DNA of 64,000 bases from Amphiscolops sp. MND2022 (Eukaryota). Of this stretch, positions 56,019 to 64,000 are shown piece after piece. The DNA is taken from assembly GCA_964187785.1 (NCBI GenBank), contig OZ076409.1:86306001-86370000 (forward strand), in the 5' to 3' direction. Below the pieces are notes generated by a model. That model worked only from the letters and a program-made list of their open reading frames with translations, was not told the origin of the DNA and searched no databases. The position numbers were made by a program, and so were the translations under genes. How positions within the stretch are numbered: position 1 is the stretch's first letter; each line of letters begins with the position of its first letter.

Positions 56019-57973
56019 TTAAACCACAAGTAGATTCGAATCGGTATTTGAAGCAAGTTTACAAAAAATTCCTTCGCTCAGTAATATTTCTGCAACTGCA
56101 AAAATTTCCATTGTTGACCATTTTGTCAAGTTCGACTGACTTATCTGAAAAAGATTGATTTAGGTATTTCAATGAAGTTCCAGCTGAAGAGGAAATTTCA
56201 AAGTAAGGGGATTCGCCTTCACTCGCGGGGATCGATAAATTTCATATGTAGAAATGAAAGATTCCAAAGTTTCTTTGTAATAAAAACGCCTGCTTTGAAA
56301 AGCCACAGTTCAATTCCCCAGAAACGAAAACCAGAAAAACTAGCATGGAAATTTGCATCTATATCGAAAACTAAAACCCCCGTCACCGCCTCACTATGTA
56401 TTTCACTGCAAAATTTTGATGGAATTTTTGAATCAGTTCGTTCCAATAAAATTTGGACCAAAACGATTTGAATAATCAAGAGCAAGGAGAAACGTCAAAC
56501 ATTGTCATCCATTTCATTTTGGTCACGAGTTAATTCATCATTAGTAAATCTCCTGCGAAAAACAGTCTCAATTTCGTTTTCTTCTGAAAACACAATTGCA
56601 GCGTTGTCTTGTAAAAGCGTCTCAAAATCATCTGAATGATGCGCCAGGTTGGGAGCATCATCCATGTTAAACTCATCACTAGCATCATCATGATCCAGAT
56701 CACCGTCGAAATACCCAATAGCATCATCGTCAACTACATGGACAACCTTGTTCTGTTCAATGTCTTCATTCAGTTCCATCAAACAAACATCGTCGTCTAG
56801 TCTTCGAGTGAATTCTTCTTCACTCTGGGCAAACAAGTGAGAATTAGGAGTGTGAAACAGTAGATCCGTGTCTTGAGTATTCTTGAGCTCCTCGTCATTC
56901 AAGATTCCAGAATCCAGTTCTTCGTCATAATCTAGGAATTCCAAGGCTGAAGATGGTAACGCAGAGGTAGTCGGGTGTTCAGAAACACCAACAGATATCG
57001 AAGATTCCATTGATGCAAGTAGATCTTCAGTGTTTACCATCGCAAAATCCTCAACTCTGATATCAACAGGTTGATTTGAATTCCTTGGCGGTGCTAGAAT
57101 CAAAAGCATCAACATTTACTGTATGTAACAAAGTGCATGAAAAATTCACTTCAATTCATCATTTCAGGAGAACCTTTGAAAAACATGCACAAAACATCTG
57201 ACTTTCTGACTTTAAACAGTGTTTTGAACAATCCCGGTTCATAACAGACTAACTCTGGAAATACCAATTACATTTCATCGGCTTATAGAAGAAAGTTAAT
57301 TCAATTGAATAGTAACAAAAAATGGAAACATCAAAAATATTTCAAAAGATCTTACATTCAATTTGGACATGAGATAGGCCTATAAAGGCAAGGAAAGGTT
57401 TCCCGCTTCAAGCAAACCTTTTTATCAACATTAGACAACTAATTGACAATCAAATGATTACAAACCTGTAGATCCTTTATTGCGATTGAATAACTGTCTG
57501 AAAGGTTTAGCTTTTGACGTTATCTTTTGTTGAGTTATCTTGACGCTTTGTTCTTTGAGGAAGTCAGACGACATTTTCTTCACATTTCCTTTCATCTGCA
57601 CAATCCTTCCAGCTAATTTAGCCCCGCCTCCGTGCAGGCTCTGACGTCCAGCTGAATTCCGATTCATGTCTTCGGCTATAGCTGGATAGTTCTCTATGCT
57701 ATTAGATGTACCAGTGAAATCACTCGAAATTCTCGACTGTGCGTCGTTAAACTGAGCATTGGAATGACTTTGCAAGGCGTTCAAAGAGCTTTTCATAGCT
57801 GTAGCTACAATTTTGGAATCGTGCTGTATTCGCGGCCTGAGTTTGTCAGCTAAACCAATAGCGACTGTCTTTGTTGAACTGCCAGTCGATGGACTTGGGA
57901 CCGTTGACTTTGGGCCTCGGAGATGGGGGAAATAGCGTCTGCCTTGGCGTTGGGCAACTGCCGGAGGGTTTAC
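56019..57973 (-). CDS. 3' exons of an unidentified host gene (Ser-rich then Asp/Glu-rich low-complexity protein)
   Basis: Exons 57973-57466 and 57093-56501 join in frame via GT-AG; probable last exon 56144-56019 with TAA and AATAAA at 55918-55923. No domain recognised; last exon less certain. Confidence 0.55.
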
Positions 57974-58299
57974 CTGAAACATTGAACGTCATATAGATAG
58001 TTAAAACTCCAGTCTCTCGGGATATTGTGTCCTGATCGGGATAAAACTCTCAGTCCTGATTGTGCCAGGACAGGACATTTCATCCCATTCAATTTCAACC
58101 TATTTCATTTTCAACTTTTCGCAATTCCGATCTAGCTAATTTTGGCTAGTAGATCCTTATTAGTTATATAATTATTTAGGGTGGTTTTCATTTTCATACA
58201 TTTTTCAAATTCATATGTGCTAATTTTTACGAGTTTTGATACGTACCATTAAGACTGTTTGATTTATTAATAATCACTGTACTGAAATAATGATTCAAC

Positions 58300-58392
58300 T
58301 AGGGCTGTGCAATTAACCGACCGACCTCGATTAACCGACCGAAGTTGTCAATAACCGAAACCGACCGAATTATCATATAACCGACTTCAGTT
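58300..58392 (+). mobile_element. Probable hAT-type MITE end
   Basis: TAGGGCTGTGCAATT terminus followed by subterminal AACCGA repeats; other end not in the window. Confidence 0.5.
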
Positions 58393-58451
58393 AATTCTTT
58401 CAATCAATTAGGATGAAAAACTTTTTCAAATTGCATAAAGAAAACAAATTA

Positions 58452-59217
58452 CAGTGGAAGCCGCTTAAATGGGACACGCGTATAAGAGACAACGCATAAT
58501 TGGCACGCATATTTCGGTCCCTGCTGGAATAAAACAAATAGCAGCCGCTTATCATGGATGCGACTACGCATAAATGGGACCAATATTTCTCTACTTACAT
58601 GCATCAAACAAACGGTGTGTGTGCTAAGCTACAAACAGGATTTGGATTTATATGTAACAAATTGAAAGCGTGATCAATTTTACGTTCATTACAGGTTGAA
58701 TAATGCCACGCAAAAGTTACACATATGCCGAAAGGCAACAAATGAAGCGTGATTTCTACGAACGACCCAAAAATATTACATTTACACAGTATGCCAAAGA
58801 TAACGGAATAACAAAGTCAACTTTATCGAGAATCGTCCGCAATGAGGAAGAAAATATGGACCCAGCTCGGAAACGTATGAGGAAGTCTATTTGCAACGAC
58901 GTTGATCATGCACTTTTATTATGGTTTCAAGACAAAAGATGCAATAATGTACCAATCAGCGGACCCATTTTGAAAACCAAAGCCGACAAACTTGCACTTG
59001 GATTGGGCTATAACGGTTGGAAATGTAGCGACGGGTGGATACAACGATGGAGAAAAAGGAACAATGTTATTTTCAAGACAATAGCCGGTGAGTCAAACTT
59101 GTGGACTTGAACACAGTAGAGAAATGGCGTGATGATCAGATGCAACAAGTTTTAAAGAAATATCAGCCTAAGGACATTTTCAATGCAGACGAAACTGGTA
59201 TGTTCTGGAGACTTCTG
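58452..59217 (+). mobile_element. Tigger/pogo DNA transposon, 5' part, interrupted by the Polinton
   Basis: TA + CAGTGGAAGCCGCTTAAATGGGACAC terminus; ORF 58703-59110 with CENP-B-type HTH (ALLLWF..VPISGPILK.KA..SDGWIQRWRKR); after a frameshift KDIFNADETGMFWRLL (first DDE Asp). Confidence 0.88.
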
Positions 59218-62200
59218 AGTAGTATATGTAGGAGCTGATCAGGTGAGGGGGGTGGAGGTCCCTATGTTTTAAGATAGGCTATAGCGAGCCGACTCGAGCC
59301 GAGCCGAGAAGGGACCTCCGCCCCTCACGACTCGGTAGGGTTTGATTTTTTTTCGTATCGTGCTCGATTCTGATTGGCTGACGACTCGAGTCGTGCTGCC
59401 GACTCGAGTCGTGCTCGATTCTGATTGGCTGACGACTTGACTCAAAGGTATGAGCATGATTGTCAATGTATAAAGATGTGCTCAATGTATAAAGATAGGG
59501 AATAGCTTCGGCAATGTTTTAAGATAGGGTATAGGGTTTTCGGCACTGTGCGACATTTTCGGCACTGTGCGACATTTTCGGCACTGTGAGACTTTGGGTA
59601 AAAAATGATTTTTTTTGGTGGCCACGACCGCCGGCGGGAATAATTTTACCCGCCCCCGCAATATTTTATTCGCCTGCGAATATTTTATCCGCCACCGTAA
59701 TATTTTATCCGCCTGCGGAATAATTTATCCGCCATAAAGGTTTAGCTCATTACTTGACTACTGTGTAGAGGAAAAATCATGTTTAAAAAGAAACTTTAAA
59801 TTATAATGTATAAATGTAATACAAAAGTAATTTTATAATGTACAACACCATCAAATATTTAGTGGACGAGTGTGACTTCCATCGTCCTGAACAATACGCT
59901 TAGGATAAAAATAAGAGAGTCCCTTTTTTGTTTGTTCGTAAGTACCAATATTGTGATCAATAACACGAAAACCACGATTAGTTGACGTCTCGTTGAGTGT
60001 CTCTTCTAATACTTTTCTGTATTTGGACCGTCGCCACTGCTTTCAAGTATCCTCTTGTTTAATCCTTTGCTGCTAAACTTGAATTTTTCTGATTGGGAAT
60101 CATAACAGCAATACGTCTTGCTGCACAGACACAACATTTCTGTGCAACGAAATTCTTCCTTGAAGAGTCCAGGTTCGCGCTTGTCATGTTTCTTGTGTTT
60201 TGTGCAGCAAGTACGGGGAAAGAAATTTGTCGTTGCATTGGCTATGAAGTCGTCTGCACAATCCGAAGAACGGAGATCTATCCACTCTCGTTTCTTATCA
60301 TGGCGAATACAGTCATACAATTCTTTTTCAGCTAATGCAAGATAAAGTGAGTCTGTATCCATTTCAAGCTCCTCAAACTAATTAATGTCACAATACTTGA
60401 CGAAAAAGTTGTAATAGAGCTCCAACATTCTCAATTTAGCATATTGCAGAATGAAGAATCCAACAATGATTGGTTCCCTGTGCTCAATCTCAGACTTTAC
60501 AAGCTCCACCTCGTACAACTTCTCATCGATAATATTCAGTCTCTTGAACATTTTGTTATTGATAGCTGCGTGAACCTTTTCGTCGCATAAATACTTTGTG
60601 ACAGTGTGACGGCTCCTGTCCATGATTTGATAGCCGTAAGAACTGTTTGCAAGCAGCTTCATTGTCTCTGCTACAACACTGGAGTTGGGATTCTCATCTC
60701 CTTCTCTTCTTGCATCGACTGCGGACTGAACAAATTTGTTGAAGCATATCTTGGGGGTATATTGAACAAATCGATAAATCTTTTTACACACAAGCCCCAA
60801 GCTCAAATAAAAGAGTAACAGAGGTGTAATTAATGTTCCATTCTCCAACGAATTGCTAGAAATTAACATTCTCCTCGGTTGCGATAAAAGTCCTTCTTGT
60901 TCAGCATAACTTTTCATCAACGATCCAATGTCATCTCTGCCCACGTTAATATTTTTGAAGATAGGAGGAAAGTTAGCAAACTGTTCGCGGAGCTCTGGAG
61001 GAACTTCAACATCACACTGAACATATCCAAAAAGGCTTCCATTCTTGATTCTCTCCAACAATCTCTCTTCGCTGAGAGGTATTTTGTAAGGGAAAGACTG
61101 ACGTAAATGCTGCTTGACTACATCGTTGGTTTTGTAAAGGTGCCACCACTCACACTCGTACATTTCCATAACTCTATAGCCCTTTTCCATTAAATAATGT
61201 CTTCGCAACTCATCCATCTCTCTCTTTTTCGTTCCCCTCTGAATCTCTTCCTCTGTAAGAGAAGGACGTGCTTCTTGAAAGGGACAGTAATGATAATAAC
61301 ACCCCATAGCTTCAAATACAGTGTTACAATGTTCACAGAACCCGTCAACACTGAAGCAATCAATCTTTTTCTGTGTTCCTGTGGTGTAAAAGCTGACAAT
61401 TTTACAGTCTGGTCTGATTCGTTGATAGTAAGACATTACCATGTTCTCAAAGCTCCTCGTCTTGTTCTGGCGAGGTCTGAATCTACCAGACTCTGGATGG
61501 AGATCCCATCGCGTGTATAGACCAGTAGGCATTTCCTGGCACATTGAGAAGGGGTAAAGTTGACTAGCATCAATGCCTACTATTGATTTACAAACGTTTG
61601 CTGAATCCCGGATAAGTGTCTCGTTCACTACAGCTTTTCTTGTAAACACGATGGATGGACCGCCAACCATATCGTCTCGTATCTTTTCAAGCAAGTCTTT
61701 ATCGTTCTCTGTGAAGGGATAAAATTTCGCATTTGTTGACTTGTGGAGACATATGTTGGCTAAATTGGGTAAAGTACAACCAAGCTTCAACATACCAATT
61801 CCTTTGTTGTGGTAAAATGCAATCATCTTTTGCATAGCCTCCAGTGTGGGAACGACGTCCTTGTTATTGTACCACCGCAAAAAGTCTTTGAACGTAGTCA
61901 TTTTCTCAGTCTCCCATATATTGACGAGATACTCATAATTTTGCTTCCCTGTGAGTGGAGGTTGACTCAGCCGCAACTTGGTCAGGGCAGACTCTGCAGA
62001 TGAACCACTCTTGAGCAATTTTTCATATTCAGTATAATCACTCTCCAGGGGGTTTGAATTTCGCAACTTGTTGAAAAATGACTCATATGGAGGTAATTGT
62101 GTGTCATTTAGCTTTTCAGGGCAGTCGAACCATTCATATGGAAAGTAACCTTTCGTTTCTGACGTCTTGTAAGCTTTGAGGAACGAATCAAGGCTGGTTG

Positions 62201-64000
62201 CTCCACCCAAGAAATTTAAAATATCCAGCAACTGAACATCTCCAAATTTAAAAGAGACAAATTGATTCGCTTTTTTAATTACTGTTGGCTCCAGCTCTCT
62301 CTCGTTAACCAATAAGGGTAACAAATAACGCTTGATAAGGTTAATGTCGTATTTGGAACTATTGAAGCCAAAGACTGGTAACACGTTGCAATATCTTTCC
62401 AAGTGTTCCTGCAAGTCAAGGAGTTGATTCTTTTGCATTTGCAAGAACTGAGTAGAAACGTCTTTTTCTTCAACCTCAAGACATTCGTCTTCAAATTCCA
62501 ACACAGTTTCTCGTGGACCACGTCTTTCATTGAGTACAGCAAAAATTGCATTAAGACGGCTTTTGATGCTAGTCTCGATATCTAAAAACTGTAGTTTCAT
62601 TTGAGCTTTGCTCTGTGCGGCTAAACTCTCCAGAGCAACAACAAATGATTCAACCAAATCTCGCGGGTTGGAATTGCAGAGAAATATTGGTGTTTCAATC
62701 AAGTTGGACGATATAGATACAGATATTGGCACATGCTTCCCAATCCACTGTGTTGTCTCGGTGTCCTTGAATTGTTCCTCTCTCACACAAATTGATTCAA
62801 AGTCAAAGACGGCCAAGTTTTTGAACAATTGCTGTTCTTTTGTGTAAGGTATGGAAAAGAAGTCCACTTTATCAAACAACGTTTCCCTCAACTGATAAAC
62901 ATTTCTGGGATAAACGTGTTTGATGCGATCCTTGCAAATAACCAAATGTCGCTCCAAGTTTCCAGTTTTGTTGAAAAACTGGTTACAAGTTGAACAACGA
63001 TAAGCTTTAAATAATGCATTGATATTGGAGACGTAACAAATGTGGTTATTGTAACGCAATAATCTGGTTGTGTTGCAATACTTCTGAACACTCCTCCGTG
63101 CGAGTTCACCGACAATTGATCCATCCACAATATCGATATCGTAAAGAAAGATATTGACTTGAATCAGGTCTTCAACAAGAGGAAGATCGTCCACGCAGAC
63201 TCCTTGGAAAGTTGCTGGTTCTTTCCCTCCTCTCTTTTCCAAGTAAAGATTGAACAGTTTACAAGTCTCTTCTTCCAACTTTTCATTTCCGTGGAGATGA
63301 AGCGCTAATGCTCTGAATAAACACAAGTTGTCGTTACAGGGTTGTCTAGTGTTCTGCTCGAATGTCAAACAGTTCACACTATGGTTTTTTAGTAGTGGGT
63401 CAGGAAGTACAGCATCTCTGCAACCCATGGGAATGTCTTTGAACAAAGCAGCACAGTTAGATTGGTGAGCTTGTAAAATTTCCATTTTGTATTCATCCTT
63501 TCTCGGGTACACGATTCAATTACGTCAGTTTGATTAACAGTGTTTTTCAATTTTGTCAAGTCGTCTTTGGTGCACACAAGTTGTGACCGATCCAGCAGAG
63601 TATTGTTTTCGTGTGCGTAAAAGTATCGATAACGTCCATCTTCCAAATTTTTAAAAATGAATCCAAATGCGAGATTAACTTTTGCGGCACATTTCAAGTT
63701 GTTAAAAAAATTATCAAGCTTATCATTGACAATTTCCGTGTTCAGTGTCTCCACAGCGTAATTAAACACTTTATGTCGCCCACGTTCAAATTCAGAGTCC
63801 ACGAGAAAGTGTTCACATGCAAGTAGCTCTTCTTTGAGACTGTCATCATCGATATCATTCACAAGGGGAGACGAATCGGCCTTTTTCACATTAAGACCGT
63901 GCATTTTACTTTTGTGTTGACGTAGTGCATAAAAGCCAGCGAATTTCTCTCTGCAAATCATACAAATGTGAGCAACTGCAGGTTTGGGAGCTCCATGCTT
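59218..64000 (-). mobile_element. Polinton/Maverick element, one end, continues beyond the window
   Basis: AGTAGT terminus begins exactly where the Tigger frame stops; repeat-rich putative TIR (59218 to ~59740); adjacent protein-primed PolB. Confidence 0.85.
59851..64000 (-). pseudogene. Protein-primed family B DNA polymerase (pPolB) with C2H2 fingers; one in-frame TAG (60378) and two frameshifts (~63450, ~60020)
   Basis: Exo motifs FDFES, GFNSSKYD, KGYFPY, YNNKDV; Pol motifs IDASQLYP, KLLANSSYG, MDTDS; C-terminal YFYPKRIVQDDG.HT.PL. Confidence 0.92.

Noticed and set aside
60376..60380. In-frame TAG before the DTDS motif as programmed readthrough
   Set aside because: The gene also has two frameshifts, so simple decay is the more parsimonious explanation.

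Overview
AT-rich, intron-containing animal genomic DNA; the species cannot be assigned from the sequence alone. The backbone is a + strand host gene with 17 visible exons (30..50917; 5' end outside the window). It splices into an uninterrupted ~900-codon frame with a doublecortin (DCX) domain, a HELP motif and WD40 repeats, i.e. a DCX-EMAP/EML-type protein. Its first visible intron holds a decayed 5.8-kb Gypsy element and two MITEs. Its 30.8-kb intron (13908..44716) holds the main object of interest: a giant antisense LTR element (15747..42730, about 19.7 kb once a nested insertion/duplication is removed) with 2.2-2.4-kb LTRs and a GCAG target-site duplication. The element carries gag, a TTTAAAC -1 slippery site, and pol with a TARG1/OARD1-like macrodomain between protease and RT. 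An ~8-kb accessory region follows, with a structured repeat showing compensatory changes, two paralogous unknown genes separated by a six-copy hairpin array, a chuvirus/gB-like class III envelope ORF, and a RING-less TRAF (coiled coil + MATH) gene running into the 3' LTR. Splice and poly(A) signals suggest complex-retrovirus-like expression. A younger Gypsy element is nested in its pol with an unusual triplication of the flanking sequence. The right end has a second, unidentified spliced host gene (- strand) and a nested stack of hAT-like end, Tigger/pogo transposase and Polinton/Maverick end with a decayed protein-primed PolB. All protein family calls come from motifs recognised by eye; no searches were run.
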